In this document: piece by piece, positions 45,001 through 57,005 of the stretch | How positions within the stretch are numbered: the stretch's first letter is position 1 | How the letters are laid out: each line of letters starts with the position of its first letter | NCBI GenBank assembly: GCA_905178155.1 | Contig: CAJINV010000013.1 | Span: 1,264,392 to 1,328,391, forward strand | Origin: Amoebophrya sp. A120 | Lineage: Eukaryota; Protista; Dinoflagellata | Length of the DNA stretch: 64,000 nt | Reading direction: 5' to 3' | Program-made: the position numbers and the translations under genes | Notes under the pieces: model-generated | Databases searched by the model: none | Told to the model about the DNA's origin: nothing | What the model saw: only the letters and a program-made list of their open reading frames with translations

Positions 45001-48000
45001 CTTTTGCCTCCCAGCCGAGGAACTTGTTCGGCGCGAAGCGGAGCACGAGTAGCGGTGGACAACAAGGGATGAATTATTCGCAGAACACGAGCCGCCGCTG
45101 CGCCTCCACGAACACGATCCGGGGCTTTGCGCGCGCGGGGGGACAGGTGCTGCTGGATGAATCGACTGAGCTAGAAAAGAAGATCGCTAGCCTAACGGCA
45201 ACGCAGCGTCGCACCCACTCCGCGCGGTGCCGCAGTCGGCTGGAACAGCGCGGGCCGGGCGGAAACGGGATTGGTACTTTTGGAACTGCAGGGGGCTCCT
45301 TTAAAGCCCCTGACAGAAGTAGTGCTCCACCATCCTCTACCACGAGTTTCGGTGGTGTTGCGAGCAGAAGCGGCACCACTCGCGCTAGCAGTGCTTTTAC
45401 GCAGAAGGAGGCAGGCTATGGGAGGAAATTTCCCACATCCATTGGAACAGCAAGCCGTCAGCTCCGGGGGCTCTCGCTGGAAGCGAAGCAGAACGCGGAA
45501 AATATGAAGGTACTACTGGGTGTATAACGGTGTGTACCATGCGCATGCATGAATGCAATGGTTTCTTCAGCACATATCCCAAAAAGCCGAGGTCGGTAAA
45601 CATAATTGTCGTGGTGATTTTTCAGCCCTTCACAAAAAACAAAACCAGTTCTCCTCCGGCGGCGCGTTGTTCAACCCGCAGCCGCGGATTAACCAAAAAC
45701 CCGCGACGGCGTACTCCAACCCGAAAAAGTCGCACGAGTCTTTCATCACGTCCCTGCGACAGCCGCAGAAGTTTAAGAAAAAGTCCAGTTACATGTATCA
45801 AATGTAAAAGTGTCTGGGTCTGGAAGGATGCGAACTTGTGATGCGCATTTCACAACACAGACAAATCTCTCATGCATAGGCAAGAAGCTAAAGTCACGGG
45901 AGGAAATGAGAAGTCGGCGACTCAACGAAAATCAAAACAAGCGGAAGCGAAAAGCACAAAGCAAAAGACAGAAGCAAGGGAGTTGGCCGAGCCAGTGCGA
46001 GCGGAAGTAGACCCCCTAACTTCAAAAGCGCCGCACTCATTAGAATTTTCAAAGGGAGGGCATAAAAGATACTCAAAGGAAGCCGGGGCATCGCAAGACC
46101 AAAGAGCAAGTAGCGCTGCAGGACAAAGAGGGAGAGCGAGCAACAGTGAAAACGTGAGGAGAAGAAAAAGCGCCGAAGGAGAAAGAACAGAGTCCAAAAA
46201 GAGAGAAGCAGAAGGAGAAGATACAACGCAAAGGAAAAGGCAGAAAAGCAAACAGCACGGAGATAATAAACAAGAAGCAGCCGAAGAGGTGGAGACGCTG
46301 GCGCAAACGATGCAGCGGATTATCAGCGAACCCTTGCAGATGGGCGCAGGAGGGAGAGCGGGAGGACGACTACAGGCGACGCAGGATCTCTACGGTTAAA
46401 CAGCTGAAAAGTCTCTAAGTCAGCCCGGGAGTCGCGTCTGAATGTTCTACAAGTTTGAGAAATGCACTTCGTTGACCGTTTGAAAACACATCACTGCAAG
46501 ACTTTGCCGGCTGCTGAAAAGTACAGCAGTCCAGTGCAGTAGAGTTCTAAGTCTGAAATAGAAACAGGAGAGCGCTAAAAAAAAAAAGAAAAAGAAGCCT
46601 GCGAGAAGATTCGCGCGACTTGGTGCGTTCGTCCCAAAGCCTCGCCATTGCTCTAAGAGCCTTCAAATTCTTCCCAGCTAGTGGATCCATTAAGCGGCCG
46701 ACGAAATTGATACAACCAAGATCAGCACGGGAGCACTCAGGCAGATCACGAGGCAGGGCGAGGAACTTACAGGATCCCAAAAATATACTAAGCAGGTAAA
46801 GAAGATCGAGCCCATCCAGATAGATAAGCCCGGAGACGATCCAGACCAAAAAAAAAAAAAAACAAAATAACTACGCAGGTAACGAGGCCAGGCGTAGCGC
46901 AGAGGGTTCGACTTGAATGCGCGAAGATTCTGAACCGCGAGCCGGGAGCAGCTAGCTAGACGGGAAAGGGGAGAGTCAAAGTGGGGAAGAGGCAGGAGAG
47001 GAGGCGACTAATGTTGAGGAAGGAATGAGGCGAGTTGAATGGCGGCGAGTTAAATTGAAATGGAGGCGAGTTAAAGGTGAAGAGGGGGGCGAATTTAATT
47101 GAAGAGGAAGAAAAGAGGAAGGAGGGAGATGAAGCATAAAACAGGAGGCCATCAGCTCGTAGATATAAGCTCCGCCATTTGTATAAGTAAGACATTTTCT
47201 TTTATAGTAAATCAAGAACGGCGCGAGCACCTTATAAACCCCCCCAGCCGTCCCATATTTGCATGTGCGGGGAGTCTAAGTAACATGGCTCGCCCGAGTC
47301 ATTGACGAACCGGGAAGATGGGAGGTGGGGCTTACAGTCTTCAGACAGGCCAGCCGCCGTGAGGGACTACCGCCTCTGTTATTGAGGATAGCGTGTGTCC
47401 TCCTCGACTGAGTTGCGTGCGCGGCCCATCCGTGTTCCGCGTAAACCTCTACAGGAGAGTGTGCGCCGCGTCGAAAGGCTCCCTTCCGTACGGAGCGCCC
47501 CGAACCCTTTTTAGCGCACCTTTATGATGGCCTTACTGTTGAAAGGATGGAGGGAGTTACATCAGTTTTTAGAACCCAGTCTGTTTATGCTAGCAAAGGG
47601 CTAGTGCGCTGTGGACCCCCAGGATCAGGTAGACGAGGTCCCAGACCGAAGTGGTAGGCGCTTAGGGTGAACTATGTATGTAGCGCTTAGGGCCCTTCCG
47701 TACGGCCAATTTGTATGCCCGTAACGGGGTTCGCCTAAGTCGGTAATTTATATGCAAGGCGTTGGGTTACCCGGTCGGCAGAGCCGATCCACAACGAACG
47801 AACGATAGGCAGCAAAAGGTGCCCACTTCCTGTCCCTAAAATGGGGGATTTGTCATGCGGATTAAGCAATGCGGAAGCTTCTCGAAATCTGTCATGCTAG
47901 GGCTTCCATGACGGACATTTTGTGTCATGCAAAAACAGCATGACAAGAATCTGCATTCTTCCAGACCCAGACATTTTTACATTTGATAACATGTCCACTT

Positions 48001-51000
48001 CTCTCATTCTCGACGAGCAGAGCACCATCAATGACTTGTCCTCGATCCACGACAATAATTCCCCCGGGCGCGGCGGCGGTGGGGGGGACGCCGTGGGGTC
48101 CTTCGCTGCTGGGACGAGCTGCAACCCGTGCAACTTATCCAGCATCTCTGAGGGCCGCGCGTACTCGCTGTGTAGTAGGCGAAGGAGCAGCAGCACTTCG
48201 GGGAAAGGCAATGCTGGATCTTTGCTGACGACCGGGATTGTTCGCAGGGGCTCCTATTACGGGCACTACGGGACAATGGTTGGAGGCACCAGGCGGAGTT
48301 CCTGGTGTAGACTGAAAGAGCAACAAATCGAAGACAAGATGCACTCTACCGCTTCTGCTAGTAACGACTACGAGCGCTCTGCTGTCGCAGCTATCCGCCC
48401 GCGAAGCAAGAGCGACGGGTTCGTCAGCGGGACCAGGTCGGTGCCGGTGGGGACCGGGTTTCGGGATAGAGGGGAGATGAATGCGGGAATAAATAAGCCT
48501 TCGCTGGAGGAGAAAGCGAAACATTCCCCTCGACCTCGAACATTTTCCTCAGGCAGCTGCGGCACAACAAACTGGAGCGAGGGGTCCTCGAACTTCCAAG
48601 CGTTGCAGGATCTCGAGTCGATCCTAATTGTCGACGGGAGTAGGAAAGAACCGATGATGATGAATCAGGCGAAGACCACCAGCTCTCCGGCGCTGGAAAA
48701 TGTAGTAGAGCAGGAGCTACAGGAAAAAGCCAGCGCAGGGCAGGAAATCTTAGAAAATGAAAACACGCCTTTCCAAAGAAAGAACTGCAAGCTGACAAAT
48801 GTAAAGGGCCCAATCGACAGTCCCGATGATGACAACGAGTTTGCTCCTGGAATAAACAAAGGCAACAATCACCTCGACGACGCGGAGAAATCTTCCCCGG
48901 AGCCCTGCCCCGGCGCCATCGACTCCCCGGACGAAAAGCGGTCGAATGAGGCCGTCGCGAACGAGTCAGACTCGTCCAGGAGCTCGCTGAACACGCCCGT
49001 GTCAGCTTCCCACGCGATGAAACACGTAGAACAAACCGTAGTTATCAGTCCAGCCAGTGACGCGAGCGAGAGTCTGCGGATTTTGCCCGAAAACGGGCAC
49101 CTGCGGTCGGAAAGCTCCGCCGCGAGGCTTTTGAGCAACATCCAGGAAATCTGCCGCCGAGCGGCAGGGACGACGAGTAGTGCCAATAGCTCTGTCAGCA
49201 GTTGCGAAGATGCCTCAAGTACTAGCTCGCCCTTGGAACTACTGCATGGCACGAAAAGTAACGTGTTGTCCAACTACGAAAAGCAGAGGCGGAGAAGACT
49301 GCTGCTGCTGAAGAACGGCAATCCGCCCGCCGTGCCGCACAGTTCGCCTTCTACGGCTTTCGCGAACGGTGCTGACAACGTGGGCTTTCTCTCCAATCGG
49401 ATTTCGGTGGAAGAACGACTGCAAATGAACGTGTTGCGGGACTTCGGGTGCAGTACCAATAGTAACTCGACGAGATCCGCGGAGGAAGTAGAGCGGCAGG
49501 TGGTAGCCGACGCTGCAGTTCCTCACAGTCACAACAAACCACCGACCGGGCATTCATCTGGGCAGGAGGGCGGCAGGAGTTTTAACAATAAACCTCCAGT
49601 CATGAGAACGACGACAACCTCCTCGTCTCTGACCCGTACTAAGCACGGGAATTGCCCGGGAGCTAACTCTACCCGGGCTTCGTCCCAAGTACAGCAAATC
49701 GCTAGACACGGCGCGGCTAGTGGTTCTTACCGCGTTGTCTCCACAAACGCGCGAATCGGCGTCGGATCTAGCGGCGAGCGGAGCAGTTTCGACGTTGAGC
49801 TGAGGACCAGCACCAGACCACCCGCGCCAACAAGCCGATCGCAGCAAATTGTACCTGCCAGTACCTCTTCGCTCACACGGTCAACTAAGAGTCACCAGGC
49901 CAGAATCAATTCGCACGCGGCGTCGCAATACCGTCTCCCGCCACGAAAGATCGTCCCGCAACGAGTTCCGCCACCCCGGGCGGCAAGCAGCCGAGCGGTG
50001 GCTAGTGGCTCCAGGACGGGTGCAGCTCCTACGCGCAGGACGACAACAAGCGTCGCCGGGCAGCAACATCTTCCGCAGGCGGCGGAGCAAGTACAACATC
50101 GCGGAGGTGGGTCCTTTTCTCGTGCCGCAACGCCGAGTGTGAAGACGCTCCTGCAGAAGAATTACGTCAGTCGGAACAAGGGGGCAACGACCTCAACGAA
50201 TGCGGCTGTTCGGTCCTCGTTGGACCCGCCAAAACGAACCATCAACGCAGTGGGGGCAGTACCAGCAGGTGCCGCAGGAGGAGAGTATGAAGACAACGTC
50301 GTGCATCACAGTAACGACGCGAAAATTTCTCTACCCAAGCCCGACTCGCCGTCTCCGGAACAGGCTAGAGGGACGTCGCATGTAATATCGGCTTCTACTG
50401 GCTGCAACGCAGCTTCGACGACGAGAGGACATCAGCAGTTCGGTACTATGAACAAGCCACCAACCATTCCATCGAAGCAGGAGAAGGAAGACACCGCGGC
50501 CATGCAGTCGATGCTGGTTTTGGCACAGGAGATCACGGAAAAGATTCGGAACTTCCAAATGCTGTCCGGCCAATTGACCGGAGACGACAGCCCGCTATTG
50601 CCGGCGCAGCATCTGCACGGAGCAAGTGGTGCGAACGCGGTTAGTGGTGTACAGCATGGCAATAACATGACGTCCAGCAACAGCACTGCGTCTGCAGTGA
50701 AGCCGAGCGCTGGAGCTGGTGTGTATTTGGGCAATGCAGGCTTAGCGTCTTGCGTCAACCACAGCACGTTGTCCTCCATATCTACCGCGTCGAACTCGAG
50801 TGGCGCAACGGCGCAGCAACTCGTCTTGGCGGGAAGCAGAGCGAAGGAATTAGCCGCAGCTTCTACAACCGCGGTTTGTCGAGCAGCATCTGCAGCCTCC
50901 TCACCGCCACAAGCTGGTCAGCAGGGTAATAATGCTACGGGGAACAGTAACATGAACTTCTACAACAGTGTAAAACCAGCGAAGTTGTTGATGCAGCAGC

Positions 51001-52800
51001 CACAGCTGAATAGTACCAATAGTTTTGCGCACCAGCAGACGCAGCAAGCGTTTGCGCCGCAGCCGCGCGTGGGTGGATTTCTAGCTGGCTCGGTACAGTT
51101 TGGCACAGCAGGAAACTACGTTGCCTCGTCTAACGTTGCGTTGCAGCCCCCGACGACCAACACCCGTCTCCACACCACCCGCAGTCCGCAGCAGCAGCGC
51201 GCGTTTTGCGAACGGTTACACGATGGAGGAGACCGCCGCAGCCCTCCGCGCATGGTCAGTCAGAACGTGACGCAGCCGATTTACAGCCAAGTTGTGGTTG
51301 GAAACAATTCAAGCGGGGGACCACAAGTGCCAGTAGCGCAAACGAGAGGGGGAAAGGTGTTGAGCCCGCCGCCTTTGCAACGAGGGAGCTCCTGCAAAGT
51401 CAGCAATCTTCATCAGCAGCCGGCAGCAATTATCCCGTCAACGACGGTGAAAACTTCGAATCCGCAGAAGATGCTAGCCTGCCTGCAGAAAGAGATCAGC
51501 AGCGGTGACGTAGCTGTTGTGTCTTCAGCCACGACTTCTAGTACTGGGCAGGCGACCTATCCGACATCGAAGCTAAATGCTCCGCCGCCACCACCGCAAC
51601 ACAGCGCGACGCTGATGTCGCACACGTTGATTATCCTGAGTGAAAATGTCCCCACCCCAGGCCCAGGGTTGTCATGCAAATCTGCATACCAAAAAAGTTT
51701 CTCATGCGGAGCCCCATGAGAGCCATCTTCTAATCCTGTTTTGGATTTTATGATGCTAGAATCAGCATGATATGCTACATCTGTGATGTTAGGAACTAGC
51801 TAAACAGGATTACACTACGAGGATAAACTTGTCATGCGAAACAACCAGAGGTGGCCGATTTGTGTAGCGGATTTCCCATCTTGACTCTGGTGTGGGGACA
51901 TTTTTACTCAGGATATTGATCCCCGGCGCGAGCCCGGGGACAATTAGCACCTGTTCCACTTCCGCGGGCACCACCCCCCTGACGCTGCACGCCCCGGCCC
52001 TGCTGGTCCCGAGTAGCAGTGCTGGTTGCCAACAACAGTCCGGGTCCTCTAGTAGGACAAGTGGAGGAGCCTCACAACAACACGCCGGTGTGCCGGCTTT
52101 GATCGTGACGAATAAACCCCCGGCGCACAACAACTCCACACCGCCCCCGTCTGCGCCGGTGTACTACAGGAGTAGTGTGATGGGGAACAACCACAATTGT
52201 TCTAGCTTCTCCTCTTCAGCAAGCTTAATCGGTGGAGCAAATCATGCCATCATCCGAGGTGGAGCTGCCAATGTGATCAGCAAGAGCGAGATGGGAAAAA
52301 TTGTTGGCAGTGGAACTACACCAGGTCCTACAAATACGTCTGTGGACGACCACGGAGCAAATGCAAATGCAAATCCGGCGGGGAAAATCAATAACAAGAA
52401 TTTACTGGAGCAGCAACAGGAGCAGTTGCAGTCGATTCTGAATTCCAGTGTGGTGTCCACGCCCGAACAGGAGATCGTCGGCGCGGAGGAGTACTACAAG
52501 CTGCAAAACAAAGGCAACTATCGCAGCCACAAGCAGTGGACGCCGGACCACTGGGCGAGTAACTCGTGCACGACGACTTCGCACAGCACGGAGTTTGGCA
52601 GCAGCAACTCGTGCCACCTGGCGGAGGAATTGAGTCGCGAGGCCGACGTGCAGGATTTGCTGGCGGAGGAGGAGGAATTGCTCACCACGATGGGCGTCAA
52701 GTACAGTCCCAGCACGAGTTTCGAAAATTTGCTACTCCGCAAAAAATTAGGCATCCACTACGCGGATCAGCACGGAATTCTCAGCACGGCGGAGTGCTGA
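42099..52800 (+). CDS. Very large Ser/Thr/Gln-rich low-complexity hypothetical protein, multi-exon; 5' exons uncertain
   Basis: ORFs at 42918, 43867, 44175, 44898, 45553, 47922 and 51892 can be linked by GT-AG introns and by introners 45796-47988 and 51632-51915 (both frame-checked). Confidence 0.6.
43435..43820. mobile_element. Probable degenerate introner-like intron; right end uncertain
   Basis: Starts G-TATGG; internal IR GGGTGAG..AACATC / GATGTT..CTCACCC; possible DR TGGCG/AGGCG giving an in-frame 391-nt removal. Confidence 0.45.
45796..47988. mobile_element. Introner family A, DR ACATG, split by a nested 1.9-kb insertion
   Basis: Both TIRs intact; the halves align to the reverse complement of 7975-8225; removing 2198 nt joins KKSSYM to STSLIL in frame. 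Confidence 0.92.
45883..47804 (+). mobile_element. 1,922-bp nested insertion with 7-bp TSD ATAGGCA and (AACG)3 tail; probable non-autonomous retroposon
   Basis: ATAGGCA at 45876-45882 and 47805-47811, where uninterrupted family A copies have one corresponding site; no TIR or LTR; no RT or transposase ORF. Confidence 0.75.
51632..51915. mobile_element. Introner/MITE family B, 284 bp, DR TTGAT
   Basis: TIR TATCCTGAGTGAAAATGTCCCCAC / GTGGGGACATTTTTACTCAGGATA; removing 289 nt restores the frame (SHTLIPGAS). Confidence 0.95.
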
Positions 52801-54005
52801 GGCTGTTCTGTCTGTTGTTGTATGTGGCGAAATTGTTTTTCTGCATACTACAAGTCTTCGATCCACAACTACCACCGATTTCGATAATTCTGTATGTTCT
52901 TGAAAATCTTCGCATTTACCGTGCATAGAGCTTGAAAATTTATTCACACTTCTGCAGAACTAACTACCCGTGCGAAACTATCTACGGATCGGGAAGATCT
53001 TGTTTTAATAACCTTGATGATTCATCTTACACGATCGAAAGAAATTCTTGTGAACTTACTTTGAAGTCTCGGTATTTTGTACTAACCAAATTGTGCTTAT
53101 TAGCTTCATTTTTACTTCCCCGGTGTTGATACCCGAACTTGAGAAAATTACCTTTGAAAGGTTCATCTTATTGCTTCTGCTGTCTTGTATCAAAATTTAT
53201 ATTGATCTTCTCTCCTTGTGGTCATTTAGATTTACATTATTGCTCGTTTCGAGCCTCTTGAACTTGAAGAAATTGGTGATACGCTGTACTAAAAATAGAT
53301 TTGCGTGATCGTGTGAGTACCCAGAAAAGTGAAATTTTTGTTGTACCAACTCGGCTCGTCTGAGCAAACCGTCCCGTTTTAGCGCAAGATATCCTCGTCT
53401 TCCAAACTTTGTCGTGGTTTAGATTTGAGTGTGATTCATGGATTCAAGTTTATGACGGCGGGAACTGTCGTAGTCTACCTCTACCTTGTGTCATTGTCAC
53501 AACTTTTTCGTGTCAGTATATCCGAAACCCGAAATGTACTTGTATCAAACCTAAAAGCAGATGAAATCATCGAAACTATCCCGCGTAGCACGACCACACA
53601 CTGCAGAGCTATTGAAAAGAGGACTCTGAGCAACCCTAAACCACGAAAGACGAATTTCATCTTTTTACAAAAGCTATTCATAGCAATAATGGAAGACGTT
53701 TCATCCTGTATTCAATACAGGGGCCGTCTTGTTATGGTAAAGATTCTTTTCTGAAACCAGAGAACTTTGCAATTTGGATGGTCGGACGGAAACCGGAATT
53801 CGACGTTGCCAGCTATACCTTCTGTCGGCCAGACCGATTCTCGTCCCTCTTTCGGGAATACAGTTTTTACTACACTAGCTTGTTGAGAATAAAGATTTTC
53901 TGAAGGGATTTTGACGGATGTTTCCTACATCGATAAACATCGATAAACCGAGTTTCGACAAACACTTTTACTTCGCATCGAACTGCATGGCAGAACAGAA
54001 TCTTC

Positions 54006-54057
54006 CTTGTCGTTTTGGCGCACGGTGGCATCTTGTCGTTTTGGCGCACGGTGGCAT
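54006..54057. repeat. Perfect 26-bp tandem duplication CTTGTCGTTTTGGCGCACGGTGGCAT
   Basis: Two adjacent identical copies. Confidence 0.9.
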
Positions 54058-54436
54058 TTGCCGTCGCCGATGCAACAGTATTAGTACCCTTGATGTCGTT
54101 CGTCATCGCAACAAAATCGTCGTGAAAGGAGCTGTCACTTCCGAGAGCGTAATCGACGAGTAGGCGAAAAAGCCCTTGCGGTGTTGGCTCGGTACGAGGA
54201 AATTTTCGACGTGAAGAGAGGAGGGCAACACTGGATTTTTCTATGAATAACGTGATCGGACGAGTTTGTACATGTAGTGCGCGTACTAGGGGTAGCAGAT
54301 AAAGTGCACAGCTTCACTGGAGGCTTGAGCATTCAAAGCTTTCGATTTGCTCCTTTCCAGACTTTTTTTTACCACCATAACAATCTAATTTTTGGACCCA
54401 ATTTGAAAGTTTGTTTCACTCGACCGCAAAAAAAAA

Positions 54437-55970
54437 ATGCGGTTTCCCGGCAGCGCAACAAGCAACTCATCCTCCTCGTTCACCTCCTTCTACGTGGACT
54501 GCGTGCAGTCGATGCAATGCGGCGACACGAAGTCCCCGAACCCACTCACCACACTGAAGAACTCACTCCTCACACCCACCTCCTCCTGCCCCTGCAAGAA
54601 GGCGGTCGAGGAGTTTGGCGACCGGAAACTGGTGAGCTCCAACAGCCCGGTCTTTTCCACGGGGGAGCAGAAGTGCGACCCTTTGTCCTACTACTACGAC
54701 GTGCAACGGGACACCTGGTACAAGTGTTGCGGCCGGCCGCTGGATATGCCTTGCAAATATGTCTGGGTTTGGAAGTGTGCAAACGTATCATGCTAAATCT
54801 GAATCTTGCAAATATCTGTGTTGCGTGACCCGCAGAAGACACCCACTTCTTGCCACCTTCAAGGCGAATTTCTCATGCGGAATAGACATTAAGAAGGAGA
54901 AGCTGCAGCTGCAAAATTTGTGATGCGTCCGGATGCATTCTGCACCATCTCAGTGCTGGTCCACGAGATGCATGACAAACTTTGCTTTCTTCCAGGCCCA
55001 GACATATTTGCACTTGATACTGGACCCAGGGAAGGAAAAACTCCCGCTGATCGGCGACGCCTTCACCGAGATGATTATTACAGTGAAAAGTGCCCCCCCC
55101 ACCCCTGAAATTGCAAAAATTTGTGATGCGAAGTTTCCAAATGAGAACTTTGTGTCATGCATGAAAGGAGTATGAATCTTTCTGATGCAGAGTCTAGGCG
55201 TGTATCGCGTCGCTTGCATGACAAGCGCCGCTCTTGCTGGGGTCTTTTGCAATACAAATTTTCGCTGTTCGCGATTGGTAGCCTGTGATGCTGATAGATG
55301 CAAGAGGGCGAGTGTTTCATTTGGAAAGGTTTGCAATACAAATGCTCCCAAGTTCAGGGGTGGGGGCATCTTTCATCATAATAATGATCGACAAACCCTC
55401 ACTGCTTTTCCCCACCGGCGTGAAATCTTTTTTGAAAAAAGTAAAGTCCGCGGTGGTGGACAACGCCACGGCGCTGTTCGGCGCGGGCGGCTTTATGGGA
55501 ACGCAGGGAAAAAAGCAGCAGTACTGTGTGGAAATGAAGCGGTCAAAAGGACCGGACGTGTTGGAGTCGAACAGTAATATTGAGAAAAAAAGCTAGCAGG
55601 ACATATTTGTCTATGTAAAAAGATATGCTGACGCATGAGCAAGAAAAAACGATGCTTTGGACCCGCCGGTGACATAATTTTTTGCCTACTTCTTCTTTTT
55701 GCATTTAGGAATATGCCCTACTAATAGGTTTTTTCCCATGGGATAGCCACTCCGTTGATGGACGCCAACGACGTGCGCAATGGCAACGCGTTCGAAGTGC
55801 CGCGGTACAACAACCAGCTGATCTGCATGACGCCGAAGTTTAGCAAGCTGCTGCACCAGGAGCGGGGCGACTGCATGTGTTGGAACAGTCGGGAGGAGTG
55901 CATACGAATAGGAAAATACGGCAAGCGAACGCCGGGGATGGGGCATAGATACAATGTCTTTTTTGTATGA
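54437..55970 (+). CDS. Cys-rich hypothetical protein with two introners; last junction (~55560-55727) unresolved
   Basis: ...KCCGRPLD|PGKEKLPLIGDAFTEMI|DKPSLL... joins in frame after removing both elements +5. Confidence 0.6.
54745..55019. mobile_element. Introner/MITE family A-related, 275 bp, DR CTGGA
   Basis: TIR TATGCCTTGCAAATATGTCTGGGTTTGGAAG / CTTCCAGGCCCAGACATATTTGCACTTGATA; removing 280 nt restores the frame. Confidence 0.93.
55076..55383. mobile_element. Introner/MITE family C, 308 bp, DR ATGAT
   Basis: Reverse complement of 25529-25834; removing 313 nt restores the frame. Confidence 0.95.
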
Positions 55971-57005
55971 TACGGAGACGGAGGAGAGTCGTGGCAGAGT
56001 AGTTCGTAGTTCGTTGTAGTTTGTTACTTAGCATTGGCTCTGTCGTGTCTGTTTTCCCTGCCGGTCTTCTCAGCTCCGACTCCTTTGTTTCTGGTTTATC
56101 AAGATGGCACTTCGCTTTGGTTTTGGGATCTCTGTCTTGATATACAACTTTAGCTGAACTATTTTTGCGTAGTGAACGAGAGTGTATGAAGATTTTTAAC
56201 TACTGGGCTATGCTTGCCTAAAAAGAACAGAAAGAGATTTTGCACCAGTATCTGTTGCATATCTGGCTAAAGGGCGCGTTTGTACAGCTCGAGCGGGCTT
56301 CCTGTCTGGCGGCATGACATATGTTTTTCGTCGCTGCTCTTTCGGTCCACCTAAGCAGATGCGTCGGCTTTTCACAAAAGAAAAGTACTGTAAAATGTTG
56401 TCCGCGATGAAAGTGAAAAGAGATATTGGATCTGTTAATCACCTGCTGCATTGCTTTTGCCTCTGACCTCCTCCAATTGCATAGCGCACAAGCTCAGCTT
56501 GGATGCGCGGCGACCTCGGTTTGATGCGATTTTTTGTCTTCGGTAATGTCGGAATCTTGTCCCGCGAAGGTCACACAGGTCTAGTCGGTAACAAACTATA
56601 CGAAAATAGGATGGTGCGTGCCACTTTCTCGGTTATGTTGAATCGACTTCGGTATTTCCACGAGCTAGATGACTGTGGAAGATCTATTTGATGACGCAAA
56701 AGTCTTCACGTCAACTCATGCCCGCAGGCGCAGAAGCGGCGTACAGTTTTCTGTACACCTACACAGTAAAAATTGCACCGAACAAATAAAAGAAGTGCAA
56801 GGTTTTATAGTGTTACGCATCGTGGTTTTGCTCAAATTTGTCTTTGCTCTAGCCTCACACGAATCGTGTATAGAACAACATCAAAGGTCATGAGCTTGCA
56901 CCTTCAGATTTAGCGGACTTTCCCGTGAGAACAAAATCAGTTTACAAAATTAATCCTCTAAGATTCATTTTCGATATATTACTTGAAAGAAAAAGGAAAA
57001 TCAAA

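Noticed and set aside
47330-47350. Hammerhead ribozyme core (CTGAAGA on the minus strand)
   Set aside because: No correctly placed stem II and GAAA follow.
47461-47804. Group II intron (GTGCG start)
   Set aside because: No recognisable domain V/VI, and the boundaries do not match the insertion.
55574-55727. Additional introner at the last junction of the Cys-rich gene
   Set aside because: The TATT...AATA+5 removal does not give the expected frame and the IR is unconvincing; left unresolved.
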